Positions 1 to 12,671 of a DNA stretch of 64,000 nucleotides are shown here, one piece after another. Source of the stretch: Lytechinus pictus (Eukaryota); NCBI RefSeq assembly GCF_037042905.1, contig NC_087246.1, forward strand, positions 6,078,001-6,142,000, in the 5' to 3' direction. The stretch's first letter is position 1. Each line of letters starts with the position of its first letter. Below the pieces are notes generated by a model. It had not been told where the DNA came from and ran no database searches. It was given only the letters and a program-made list of their open reading frames with translations. Position numbers and translations under genes: made by a program.

Positions 1-953
1 TGGCATGATTACAATAGACTTCTGGGAGCATTCTATAATATAAATTTTTTGGTTGTTTTATCTTACACAGTCTGTTTTTCCATAGTAACAATGGTAACAT
101 GTGAGATCTGGCAAGTTGTTGAACAAAATATATTGATGAAATGTGTTGCATTGCATAAACTTCACGATAGTAATTGTTGGATGTTTTACACAACATTTAC
201 TATGTGTAACAGTCAGACACCTGTCTCTCAGCCAATCAAATCCATGGAAAGTTGCGAGATATGCCAACTTTTCAGAAGACAGATGCAGATGAAACACTCC
301 GAAAATGGAAATGGCCATACAATTACCATGTTTGTGAGTTTAATGTAAGGGGGGTGGGCGCAGTTAAGTAACGAGAGAATAGGGGAAGGTGGTACTCATT
401 ATTTGGTGATCATTCACACCAGTTTTATGACCAAATATATCTGTTCTAAAGAAAAAAATAATAAAAGACACATGACATACAGGTCTACCGTCTAGGCAAG
501 GAAATCATTTTGATTTTTAGGGGCTATTTTTGTTCACATAGGAGTAATTGCTGTTTTTTTTGTGCAGAATTAGCATTTATACGGTCAATTCAATATCATT
601 CTGCCATACATGTATGTAGAATATTGATTTTCTAAATGTAGTTGAATATTGTTTATGGAAGATATAGGAATGACTGCAGTAGTTTTGCCCCAAAACATTT
701 TATTTTGGACAGTTTTAGGGGCAATTTTGGCGGTGATGAGGGCCAAATCATCCATCGCCTACTTGTAATTCCTCCAGGAGTTAGTTATATAATGTCTGGA
801 GAAAAAATGGAGTATTTGGTATTAAATCGTAAATTGAAAAAAGGTACAACAATAGTTATATAGAATCATCTTCTAAATAAAGTTCTTGTTTTTTTTATAT
901 AATTAAGTAGAAATTTACAATTCCTAAAATAATTGTCATTATTGATTTCATAG

Positions 954-1049
954 GGAGGAGCTCTGGTTCACATTTATACTGATGGTTCTGTGTTGATCAA
1001 CCATGGTGGTATTGAGATGGGACAGGGACTCTATACTAAAATTGTTCAG
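954..1049 (+). CDS. Xanthine dehydrogenase/aldehyde oxidase family, internal exon (gene begins upstream of the window)
   Basis: AG/GT bounded, 96 nt: [32 protein letters not shown], the molybdopterin-binding GxEMGQG motif. Confidence 0.95.
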
Positions 1050-1533
1050 GTATGTAGCAATAACAATCGTTTGTCACAAGAGGCGTGGCTGTCTATATCC
1101 ATCTTACCTAGTTTTGTTGACTCCTAGAACTAATGAATAGTCATATTTTTAAATTACATTCATGTAGATGAATGTTCAAGGGTGAACTACAGAGACCTGA
1201 GTTTGAAATGGTAAAAACTCTTTTGGGGAGGAGGGGGAGTACATATTTATGGAAAAATGAATGTTCAAATTTCTAATGCATAAGTCCCATTTTGTGCATA
1301 TCAATGTAAAAAAAAATTAGTGTCGGTAATGTTGTCAATATTTTCTAGTGATTCTTTTCTACTGTCTGGTTTAACTCCACATAAACAAGCAACCTCCTTG
1401 AATATCTTGGATCTTGTTAGGAATATCCATGGTAATTTGATTAATATGAATTAATATCACCATCACGATCCCAATTTACCTGTACATGAAGCACTGCGCA
1501 TTGACTATACTATTTTGATGTTTTGATGATTAG

Positions 1534-1662
1534 GTTGCAAGTACAACCTTGGACATCCCTGTAAGTAAGATTCATACTAGTGATACTGCTTTAGACAAGG
1601 TTCCAAATACAACAACCACAGGTGGAAGCATTGGTACTGATTTACAAGGTAGTGCTGTAAAG
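1534..1662 (+). CDS. XDH/AOX family exon
   Basis: AG/GT bounded, phase 0: VASTTLDIPVSKIHTSDTALDKVPNTTTTGGSIGTDLQGSAVK. Confidence 0.95.
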
Positions 1663-2139
1663 GTAATGTAGTTCTCTTCCTTTCATTTATTCATCAGCTC
1701 CCATTTAAAATAGGGAGTTTCATTTTTAAAAACAATCAACATTCCTGTATGTTCAAACCCCATTTGTCTCCATTCTAACTTCATTTAAAGAATGATCATC
1801 AATAAGATTTTAGACCATTACAACTTTCATATGAACTAAAAAACGTAAACAGATCATTTCAGGGAGTACCTAGCTAATAAACGGGGTCAGACGTTCATAC
1901 TTTTTGGAGTTGCCCAAATTTTAAAGCAGGTGTGGCTGAGACGTACAGTGTAAAAAGTTTACATGTTCGTTTTGTTTGTCTGAAAAAACATGGAAAGTTT
2001 TCTCTGGCTCTGTCTAAAGTTATCGTTGATTCAACTTCTCTAACAAAGGTTAGATAATGAATTTGGAGTTGTAGGCCTAATAGAGAGATAGATAGTCCTA
2101 GTAATGTTGATTTTGTTTCATTGTTTATTTTAATTTTAG

Positions 2140-2214
2140 GCAGCCTGTGATGTGTTGAAGGAGCGCTTAGAGCCATACCGAACAGCAAATCCCAAGGGAA
2201 CTTGGGAAAACTGG
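2140..2214 (+). CDS. XDH/AOX family exon
   Basis: AG/GT bounded: AACDVLKERLEPYRTANPKGTWENW. Confidence 0.95.
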
Positions 2215-2658
2215 GTAAGGAGCCCTTATCTATATTAAAACCAGATTGAGGTTGGGGGAGGGGGGTAATTATTCCCCCACCACAAAATTGTTGAATATAT
2301 ACAAGATACACGTTTTTTCATAATCCTTATTGCATATATTGATACCGATTGTTTAATGATCAGAATTACATAATACTGGACAGGTGTAGCTTAAACATCT
2401 TTTTTCAATGTATGATGGCACTATAAATTTTTCCAAATTATGTTAATTCTGGCAAGAAATTATTGTACCTTTCTGAAAAATAGTTTGAAACAACTAGCAC
2501 ACACACACACTGTGATAGCCACCAGCATACCCACACACAAACTCTTCTGTTTGAAATTGAAAAAAAAGAATAAAAAAAGGTACCATTTACATAATTTTGG
2601 GCTGGCTCATTTTGAGTTATGAAATCATAAGTGCAATTTTATTGATTTCTTTATCCAG

Positions 2659-2711
2659 GTCCAAGCAGCCTATCTTGACAGAGTAAGCCTTTCAACTGCA
2701 GGCTTTTACAA
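2659..2711 (+). CDS. XDH/AOX family exon
   Basis: AG/GTAAGT bounded, ends in phase 2: VQAAYLDRVSLSTAGFY(K). Confidence 0.93.
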
Positions 2712-3666
2712 GTAAGTACATTGTGAAATGTATACACAAAAGTTATGTATCTACAACTTTGCAACTTTACTTCTACAAAATGGGAATACCATGTCGGTAT
2801 TCAGATCAATAATTGAATTGAGCAAAAAATTTACGAAGTATTTTACTTGGCTAAGATATGTTATTGAGATGGATTCAATTCATACTTTTGCATTATACCT
2901 TAGCCAGTCAATATGATACAAATTTTTTACAAGCAAAAATTTGACATCTTGTTGTCATCGTTCAATATTGCGCAAACAACGCATTTCACCATTAGTACTA
3001 ATTTATAATTCTGCTGAATTTGGGATGACTGTTCAAAAAGCCTTTACCTGCCAATGGGATTTTATAATTGTGAAGCTTAAGTATCCTTGAGAGCTATCTT
3101 AAATTTAGGGTAAAATGCTTAACCAAATTCATGAATTGAATACCAAAAGCAGTTAATTATTTAATCTTAGTAAATATCTACCAGGCAAGGGTATTCATTA
3201 TTGGCAGTGTCAAATCAAGATAATTGGTCCATGCTAATTTTGTTCAAAATGCTGACTTGCAACCAATCAGAATCGTTATTTCATACCTCCAATTCATGAC
3301 AAATCTTTGTGTTTCGGGGCCTTTGGCTGATGTCACTGTCTCTGTTGTTCTATTGCTATTGATGGTGGTGCCTTTACCGTAAATCACACTACATATATTA
3401 AATCAGACCTTATAAGACCTGAGGACATAGATGCTGTATTCATCATTTTGGGATGAAGTTCTGAAAGGAGGTTTCTATTTGAATGTTGGTATAGTTAATT
3501 GAGATGTTTAATTAGTTGGAATGTGTGGTCTTGGTTTTGGGAGAGGGTGTTGTTAAAATATCATTACTAATTTACACATTTGTTTATAGTGTGTTTTTGC
3601 CACTGCCTTAATTTTTGAGAAATTTGTTCGATTCAATTTTCTTGTTTCATCCTTTCCATTATCTAG

Positions 3667-3847
3667 GAGGCCTGGTCCAACATTTGACTGGGTTACAAAA
3701 ACCGGTAATCCTTATTACTATTTCACCATGGGAGTAGGTGTATCTGAGGTTGAGATAGATTGTCTTACTGGAGAGCATCAGTTATTACGCACTGATATCA
3801 TCATGGATGTTGGCAAGAGTATCAACCCTGCATTAGATATAGGACAG
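3667..3847 (+). CDS. XDH/AOX family exon
   Basis: Phase-compatible with previous exon: [60 protein letters not shown]. Confidence 0.96.
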
Positions 3848-4236
3848 GTATATCTATACTATCAATTCTATGACCGTGGGGGCTGTTTGTTTTTAATGAC
3901 AAATTTATAGTTAACTACATTGATTTTATCTATTTTGGCATTTATATAGTTCCTTTCTATAGTAAAATACCCAAAGCATTTTACAATAAAATCAATAACA
4001 AAGAGTAACTCTACTCTCCAAGTACTTAGAAAATGTGAAGAGGATATCACTGAGAAAATAAATGGGGTTCGTTTTTAACACGGGTCAGCAGCCGATCCAA
4101 ATTAATTTTTCCATGCTTGTTACCATAATAAGAAATGTTTTTAAATGGACCTCTAGAGAGTGTTCCATAAATTGATTTTCAAAGATTTCCATTGTTGCAT
4201 TTAAAAAAGAAAAATTCTATAAGCTACTGAAATTGA

Positions 4237-4835
4237 TGAATCTGATTGGCTGATGACAAGTTGATCAGTGAGAACCACTGACAAGGTACTTGAATCTGAT
4301 TGGCTGATGACAAGTTGATCAGTGAGAACCACTGACAAGGTACTTGAATCTGATTGGCTGATGACAAGTTGATCAGTGAGAACCACTGACAAGGTACTTG
4401 AATCTGATTGGCTGATGACAAGTTGATCAGTGAGAACCACTGACAAGGTACTTGAATCTGATTGGCTGATGACAAGTTGATCAGTGAGAACCACTGACAA
4501 GGTACTTGAATCTGATTGGCTGATGACAAGTTGATCAGTGAGAACCACTGACAAGGTACTTGAATCTGATTGGCTGATGACAAGTTGATCAGTGAGAACC
4601 ACTGACAAGGTACTTGAATCTGATTGGCTGATGACAAGTTGATCAGTGAGAACCACTGACAAGGTACTTGAATCTGATTGGCTGATGACAAGTTGATCAG
4701 TGAGAACCACTGACAAGGTACTTGAATCTGATTGGCTGATGTCAAGTTGATCAGTGAGAACCACTGACAAGGTACTTGAATCTGATTGGCTGATGACAAG
4801 TTGATCAGTGAGAACCACTGACAAGGTACTTGAAT
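4237..4835. repeat. 54-bp minisatellite, 11 near-identical copies, intronic
   Basis: Unit TGAATCTGATTGGCTGATGACAAGTTGATCAGTGAGAACCACTGACAAGGTACT; one substitution seen (4741). Confidence 0.97.
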
Positions 4836-5163
4836 GTAAATTCTGTATTTTATAGATTGAACAGACACCAGACACAAATATTTGGGAGAGGAGAAGTGCA
4901 TGGCCTGACGAGAAGTGAAGTCACCAAGTTGTCCGGGGGAGGGGGAAGCAGAAATATATAAATTTACAGAGAAATGAGAGTGACATGGCAGCATAAAAAA
5001 GGCAAATCTACAAATTTGTCTGATGCATGCATGTATAACTCAGACTTTTACATGAATCAAAATTGAGTATCTTTACACCTCAATAGATTTCTAAAGTTAA
5101 TTAAAAGAACTGGAGTGTGCCTCATATCATCTGTATGATTTATTCTTCATCTCTCTGTTAAAG

Positions 5164-5355
5164 ATTGAGGGAGGTTTCCTCCAAGGTTATGGTTACTTTA
5201 CCATGGAAGAGAAAAGATTCAACCAAGAGGGTGCCCTGACTACTAACGGACCCGACTCGTACAAGATACCATCAGTGAAAGACATCCCTAAAGAATTCAA
5301 TGTGACTCTCCTGAGAAACATGCGTACCCCTGAAGATAATCTCTACTCCTCAAAG
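5164..5355 (+). CDS. XDH/AOX family exon
   Basis: IEGGFLQGYGYFTMEE...YKIPSVKDIPKEFNVTLL...NLYSSK; AG/GT bounded, 192 nt. Confidence 0.96.
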
Positions 5356-6162
5356 GTACGAATTAATATTAACCTGTTTACTACTGATTTATGCAATTCC
5401 CAATTGGTTTAGTATGAGGAACCCCCACTTTCATTATGTAACAGGTTAAGAATCTTATAGTGATGTACTGAGCAAATAACAAAGTTTATTTCAAAGAGAT
5501 GAAATGTCCTCTCATTTGATCAGCAAATGTAATTTTCCCAAGAAATGATAGTAGTCATTTACATTTCTCCTCATGGAAATATTAGGAAATGTACCAGATT
5601 AAATATTAGTATGATAAGTACCAATACTCTGAATAAATGTAGGGGAGTACTATCACATAAAGAATGATTACTTGCTTGTATTTGCAATAGAGAATTTATT
5701 TATTGTGCTTTCATTGCACACTTTATCATACAAATTTGAACTTATAATCTTCTTGATATGTCTTGGCTATTCTTGTTTTGTGTATTATCTACATCACCCA
5801 CCAGTGGAGGATGACTGTATTTTGATAATTAAGCTGTAAGTGTATTATGTGGTACAAATTAGTGACCTCAAGACAATCATGCTAAGATAAATTTATTAGA
5901 GGGGATTGTAATTCACTCTTATTGGGCTCCTTGAATACTTTAGGGCTAATTTTGTTGTTGTTGTTGACTATCTATAATTGTCTGTAATGGCAGCTGAGAA
6001 GTCCATTATTGTCTCCCACCTCTATCATTAACACCTCTTAAATAGCCCAGTTCATCAATGATTTAATCAATATTAATATCTTGAATCTTATGCCATTTTG
6101 AGACTCCAGACTATTTTGATTGATAGCATTAATATCGAATCATCTTATTTTTCTATTTACAG

Positions 6163-6333
6163 GGCATTGGAGAACCACCATTCTTTATTGGGGCATCTGT
6201 ATTTTTTGCCATCAAGCATGCCCTCTGTTGTTCTCGCTCTGATAATGGACTGACGGGTGTCTTTGATCTCAATGCTCCAGCCACAGTTGAGAGAGTACGC
6301 TTGACGTGTGGGGATCTTAAGACGAATGACTAA
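6163..6333 (+). CDS. XDH/AOX family terminal coding exon
   Basis: GIGEPPFFIGASVFFAIKHAL...APATVERVRLTCGDLKTND*; catalytic Glu of the SKxxGEPP motif retained; TAA at 6331-6333. Confidence 0.95.
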   Translation, partial: GIGEPPFFIGASVFFAIKHALCCSRSDNGLTGVFDLNAPATVERVRLTCGDLKTND

Positions 6334-7829
6334 GTTCATTGTAATGGAATATTTCTCTTCTGGGCCAAGTTTTCATGAAAGGTGTTATCACTGGAAATTC
6401 TTTAATATTTTAGTTCAGTCATTGGTTTTCATTTGCTGAGAAGCATCAATCTCTGATTGTTACCATATAAACTGTCAGGGAAAGACTTATTAATGCCAAA
6501 ACTACTAAAACAATGCTTAGAATTGCCTTCTAATTTGCTTAGCTTGTAACTATATGCAATTTATCATAATCTTAAAATAGTTGTCTAAATCCTATTATGA
6601 AGAAATGGTAATTGTTAAGGTGATTCATTATTTTTGTTTGCATTACAATTTTTTTTTTAATATAGTCATTGGGATATACAATCAAGTCTCAAACAAGGAG
6701 AATAAAATTTTGACCTCTCTTAATCAATGGTGCTTGATATCAAGAATGAATGGGTAAACTACCACGGGCATGATATTGCCAGTATTCTATCAATTTGATT
6801 GAAATCTTGAAATAAGAAACAAAATCAATCTTAAATCAGTACTATTACATTTTAATTGTGAAATATATAGCAGAAGAATATCATGTGAAAATAAACATCA
6901 TCTTTGAGAGAAGAACAACACAGTATTACTGTAATTGATACAAAATATTTTTTACAATGTACAGGCATAACAATCTACTATTTAAGAGATGAATGAATCT
7001 ATTTTTTATTTTTTGCTTTTTTTCAAGAAGTAGAGTCTGAGCCAGATCACAATTTGTAATTTTGCACGATTACACAGAACACTGAGAAATAGATTTTGTG
7101 ATAAAATGTTTGTACACTGTACTTTCTAAAAAGTCTTTGTACAAAGTGCTAGCCATCTCCAACTTTTTGTAAGTGTTTGGACTTGGTACATTTGGAGAAT
7201 ATGGTTAAATGATTGTGATGGATTGATAGTGATTGATTGCTTTATTGATGTTTAACTATTTCATTTCATTTTGTTTATTTCCATTTTCAACAATTACAGT
7301 TTGTTTTGTAAATTTTGACATACAAATAACAAACATATTTCAGGTATCCCTTACAAAAATTGTGTTCAAGGTTATTACATATCAGGTTGACATAATGACT
7401 ATTATGTAATTTTGCATGATTTCAGTCAAAATTGAAGTGAACGAAGTGCATAGATTTGCTATTTAGAATATGCAGCTTACTAAGTGTGTGTGTGTGTTCA
7501 GAGTGATGATTTTAAATTTTTGATGTGGTGTTTCCAGAACGGAAAATTCAATAAAACATGTATGTCCAACAGCCTGTATACGGGACAATACTGAAATAGG
7601 TTGTCTCTGCTTTGCATTTCATATGGAAAGGTGTAATTCTCATCAATTATCTTGGCTTCAGCAGCAGTTCATGAAGTAGGATTTGAGGAATGGGGTTGGA
7701 TGTACAAAAGGCGGGTTTTTTATTTTCATTCAAGTAATGAAATATGTTGTTCCGTTCTGTATATTAATGCCATCCTGCCTGATGTCCCGCATGCCCCCAT
7801 TCCCCTACAATCTCAGAACACACTACGGC

Positions 7830-8155
7830 AAACACTGCCTGTAAACCATTTTACTCATTTGAATTTCAAATCAAACCATTGCAAACTATACCTACAAATT
7901 AACTGGAAAACACTGCCTGTGAATCATTTTGCTCATTTGAATTTCAAATCACACCATTGCAAACTATACCTACAAATTAAGTGGAAAACACTGCCTGTGA
8001 ACCATTTTACTCATTTGAATTTCAAATCACACCATTGCAAACTATACCTACAAATTAAGTGGAAAACACTGCCTGTGAACCATTTTACTCATTTGAATTT
8101 CAAATCACACCGTTGCAAACTATACGTGCAAATTAAGTGGAAAAACTGCCTGTAA
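7830..8155. repeat. 78-bp tandem repeat, about 4 copies
   Basis: Unit AAACACTGCCTGTGAACCATTTTACTCATTTGAATTTCAAATCACACCATTGCAAACTATACCTACAAATTAAGTGGA. Confidence 0.93.
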
Positions 8156-8505
8156 AACATTCTGCCGTACTTTTGGCAAAAGGAAGCAAGTTACAAAAGT
8201 ATCATTTGTTGTAGATGAGCAATGTGTGTTCGTCATTTACATAGGCATCACTGCAATTTAACAGCATATTTTCTTCAATATCTTTCCATAGAACGATAAT
8301 TTCTTCCCCAAATTTTGCCTGAACGTGCAACATACAAAGGGTGTTTCAGAAACAACAGTAACTCAAATTTGACTGATGTGTCACTTGCTTCCTTTTGCCA
8401 AAGTTGGGCAGCATTGTACAAACACAAACTACTTTTACTACCTGGAAATAATGTATCTTTGATTTTATAAATGCCTAGGACAGTATTATTCACAGACATT
8501 TTGAA

Positions 8506-8987
8506 TTTTGAGGAATATTAATGCCATATATTATCATACCAAAGAGTTAAATTTTGATTTTCTGTAGAAATCACTGAGGTCAGTCATGAAGATTTTACTT
8601 CTGTTTATTCATTTTTTATAATAATTTTGAGGAATATCATTAATGCCATATATTATCATACCAAAGAGTTAAATTTTGATTTTCTGTAGAAATCACTGAG
8701 GTCAGTCATGAAGATTTTACTTCTGTTTATTCATTTTTTATAATAATTTTGAGGAATATCATTAATGCCATATATTATCATACCAAAGAGTTAAATTTTG
8801 ATTTTCTGTAGAAATCACTGAGGTCAGTCATGAAGATTTTACTTCTGTTTATTCATTTTTTATAATAATTTTGAGGAATATCATTAATGCCATATATTAT
8901 CATACCAAAGAGTTAAATATTTGATTTTCTATGAAAATCTCTGAGGTCAGTCATGAAGATTTTACTTCTGTTTATTCATTTTTTTAT
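8506..8987. repeat. About 122-bp tandem repeat, 4 copies
   Basis: TTTTGAGGAATATCATTAATGCCATATATTATCATACCAAAGAG... recurs near 8506, 8625, 8747, 8869. Confidence 0.93.
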
Positions 8988-9910
8988 ACGCCCGTCTATA
9001 TAGACGGGACGTATTATGGTATCACGCTCGTTGTCCGCCTGTCTGTCCGTTAACTTTTTCTTGTAAACGCGATAACTTCTGTTTAACTTAACCTAGGCTC
9101 ATATAATTTGGTGTGTAGATCCCAAGAAGCCTATTGATTTTGAGGGTAAAAGGTCAAGGTCACAGTGACATGTTTTCATCTTACCCTGCTGAAGTCCTTG
9201 TTAACGCGATAACTTTAGTTTAACTTAACCTACAGTGTGAGTCAGAAAAAATGCTACACTTTTTAAATTAAGTATTTTCAAAGAAAATGTGGGATTCAGA
9301 GGGAATTCTAGCATGTATGGATAGAGTAAATATTCCTTTGTCACTTGTTAAAATTGTTTCATTGTCGTTGTTATGGTTGAGTGCACAACAGCCATTGTTT
9401 GAAAAAATGTCAAAACCCATTTGCGCCAAGTCAGGTGATTACCTGCTGAAACAGAGACAAAAGCATTCACACAAACAATGAGCGTAAAGTTTATGCGTAT
9501 GTTTATTAATCAAGAAAAATAAACACGAGAACCAGTAAATCAATAAATTATCTTCACTGAAAAAATCCTTTTCATTGTCATTTTGGCCATAACTTGGACA
9601 AAGCTTCCCGCCTTCAATCTTCCATATATTTACTCTATCTATACATGCTAGAAATTCTCTCTGAATCCCACATTTTCTTTAAAATATACTTAATTTACAA
9701 AGTGTAACATTTTTTCTGACTCGCACTGTATAGGCTCATATAATTTGGTGTGTATGATACTAGCATATATCCCAGGAAGCCTATTGATTTTGAGGTCAGA
9801 CAGTCAAAGGTGAAGTCGCCACCTTCGACTTTTCTTGCTTGATGAATAACTCCATTTTCCACGTTACAGGCGGGCGTATTATATGCTCGCCTTAGCGACA
9901 CTCTTGTTTT
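8981..9910 (+). mobile_element. Non-autonomous Helentron/DINE-1-like element, family H1
   Basis: 5' TTTTTATACGCCCGTC with short palindrome, (TGTC)-type microsatellite, internal repeats, 3' complementary CGGGCGTAT then hairpin TCGC-CTTA-GCGA and T tail. Confidence 0.7.
9233..9728. mobile_element. Tc1/mariner-type MITE nested in H1
   Basis: TIRs CAGTGTGAGTCAGAAAAAATG / CATTTTTTCTGACTCGCACTG flanked by TA; interrupts host motif AACC-TA-GGCTC. Confidence 0.85.
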
Positions 9911-12671
9911 CTTTATTTAGCATTCTAATGCATTGTCACACTTGAGAAACCCACTCCATTCAGATTGATGGTATGTATAGTAAATTTTGTCAATCTGGAG
10001 TCATGTTCTTGGTGGTTTGATTGTAGCATTGATTGAACTGTAGAATTCATGGACATTGAACCTGTTAACAATAAAAGTGTTCAACTTGCTCAACTCTAAA
10101 GCTGCAAAGTGCACTTTTCTGGAGCACCAAGTGTATTGCTCAGTATCTTGATATATCATAAACTTGCCTTCAGTAAATGTCTAGTAATGTAATTCATTAT
10201 TTGAATGAATGTTATTCCTTCCTTGCATCTGTGCTTGTGAAAGTCTTTCTCTTATCATAGAATAATATTTATGGAGAGTAAAAATCACATATTAATATCT
10301 TCTGTATTAAATAAAATTTCTTTTGAGATCTTTTGATTAGTTTGCTGATTGTAATGCATTGTATCATGATAGTAAAATACTTTAAATCTGATTTTGAATA
10401 AAAATTGATTATTAATAAGTGTACAAAAAATTGCTTCTGATACTTTTACCTGTGTAATTTTTCCACAAGTGTGTTACATTGAACTATACATGTATGGATT
10501 TTACTCAATTTATATCACTATTGTTACTTTAAATATTTGCCAATATAAATCTTTCATGAATACTATAAAAATATGTATTTTTAGATTGTTTAGTGATTAT
10601 TATTGAAATAAGGCACTGCAGCTGTTTGATTAAGTGATGAAATCGTCTTGGTCAATGACTTGATAAATTTCATGTTAGAAATTGTTTTCTAAAGACCATG
10701 TGTGATTTTTTTTCGGTATTACGACATTTGCTCTTATGACAATTACTCCTCTGTTGATTTCTAGAGTAGAGATAAGGTTTTTAGTTCATAGTCATGTGAA
10801 GATTAGGATTAAGGTGAAAGAAAGGTTTGAAGCTTTGTTTTATGTTTGGCTTCATGTGTGTTTATCCAATCGGAGCAATTGCAAGAGCAAATGTCAGGAA
10901 TCTGATTTTCTCTGTGTTTTGTTGTGTAAGATCATCTAATGATTTACTACTTAAAGTTAACAAAGTATATTGATAAATATAGCATATATTAAGTATCCTA
11001 TTCACATAAAAGATGTGTATTTTAGTGTGTGTGTGTGTGTGTGTAGTAATAACATTTAATTTCACATTCATTTATTATCTTCTCTTTTGTGTTAGATCAT
11101 GTAATGATCAATGACCTATCTAACATCAATAAAGCATACTGATAAACATTGCAAATCATGCCATTGCATTGAAATGTATTTCATTTAGTGTCTGATTAAT
11201 TCGATGTTCTTGTCATACAGTGTCCCCATGAATTTTATGCACACAATACTTTAAAATAAAATGAGAAGATGAACTATGTTAGAGATACAAAGAAATCCTA
11301 GCACAGTTTACTTCAAATCTTATGAATTGTTTATATGAAAAAAAGAATTAACAAAATGGGATTTGTCCTGTATGAATCATTATGAAATAAAATGCAATAA
11401 TGCATACTTTAAGACCATTCTGTGATCATTTTTTTCAGAGAGTTGAGATGATGTCCTTCTTTTGAAATGAAGTCTTATAATTTCTCCTTTTTATAGTTGG
11501 TTTTACTTATGTTGTTACTCAAGAAATGGCATATGATTAATCTAATTACATCCCCTGTACAAAAGTCAACGCAGCAACAGTAGTCAGACATTCATTCATC
11601 CAAATAAGTTTGCAAAATGAATAATAGCAATTATGTCAAATAGCACAATATCATGTTATCTGTCTGGAAAATGAATGAAAAAAGGCCACAATCATCAACA
11701 CATAATGAGCTACACTTCAATCTGGGTTGGTATGGTATGATGGTGTATGAAGTTGGAGAAAGACATGGATGTATTTCATAGCTGTACCAATGTATACTTC
11801 TTTCTTATCATCCATGCTCTTACTTCTCCCTCACACAAAAGGACTTTGAATCCTTTAGTTGATTATTCGTAGTTGTATATTTCTCAATTTCTGTTGGGTT
11901 TATTCAGGCACTCGTATATGTGCCCCTCCCCTCTCATTATGTCAATCTAGACGCCCCATAAAAAGGGAAATACATAAATGAAAATGGAGACACAACAGGG
12001 CATGCCCTCCCGAAAGTTTGGAAGGCTTGTATTTTGTTAAGAGATCTAACTTGGAAGAAAAAAGAACAATAAGCCGGAGAAATACCTACGAAAAATTAAG
12101 TGGCAGTCTGTGGGGGGGGGGGGGGGGGGGTTAGGACGGATTTACCCCCTATGTGCTGCACTCAACCCAGGTGAGGTAAATGGGTACCGACAGGAAGTAA
12201 TTCCTCACAACATGTTTTCATGGCCCTGGGAAGCGGAGTGCTTCAGCACCCCCGAAAATTTCCTTGGTGGTGCTGCACATATATTATCCATAGGAAGCAC
12301 CGCCTCAAGGTATTTTGAAAGATGTGTAAAAATGTAACCAAAACGACCTCCATTTTGTAGTGAAAACAATTTTTTTTTGCTTTTCAGATTCCTCGAAACC
12401 AAAGTGTCCTCCATGTTTTGTCACGCATGCATAGCAGAACGAGACTATAGGCGCCGCTTTTCCGACGGCGGCGTCGTCGTCAACATCAAATCTTAACCGG
12501 TGGTTAAGTTTTTTAAATGTCATCATAACTTAAAAAGTGTATGGGCTTAGTTCATGAAACTTGAACATACGGTTAATCAAGTATTACTAAATATCCTGCC
12601 TGAGTTTCAGGTCAAATGACTAAGGTCAAGGTCATTTAGGGTCAATGAACTTTGGCCATGTTGGGGGTATC

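Noticed and set aside
4250..4290. CTGATGA in every 54-bp unit, suggesting a tandem hammerhead
   Set aside because: No stem II followed by GAAA, and no closing stems.
4201..4994. 224-aa and 256-aa repetitive minus-strand ORFs
   Set aside because: Products of a stop-free 54-bp minisatellite inside an intron of the opposite-strand gene.
7652..8155. 167-aa ORF with His/Cys repeats resembling a zinc finger
   Set aside because: Arises from a 78-bp tandem repeat; no C2H2 spacing and no ATG start.
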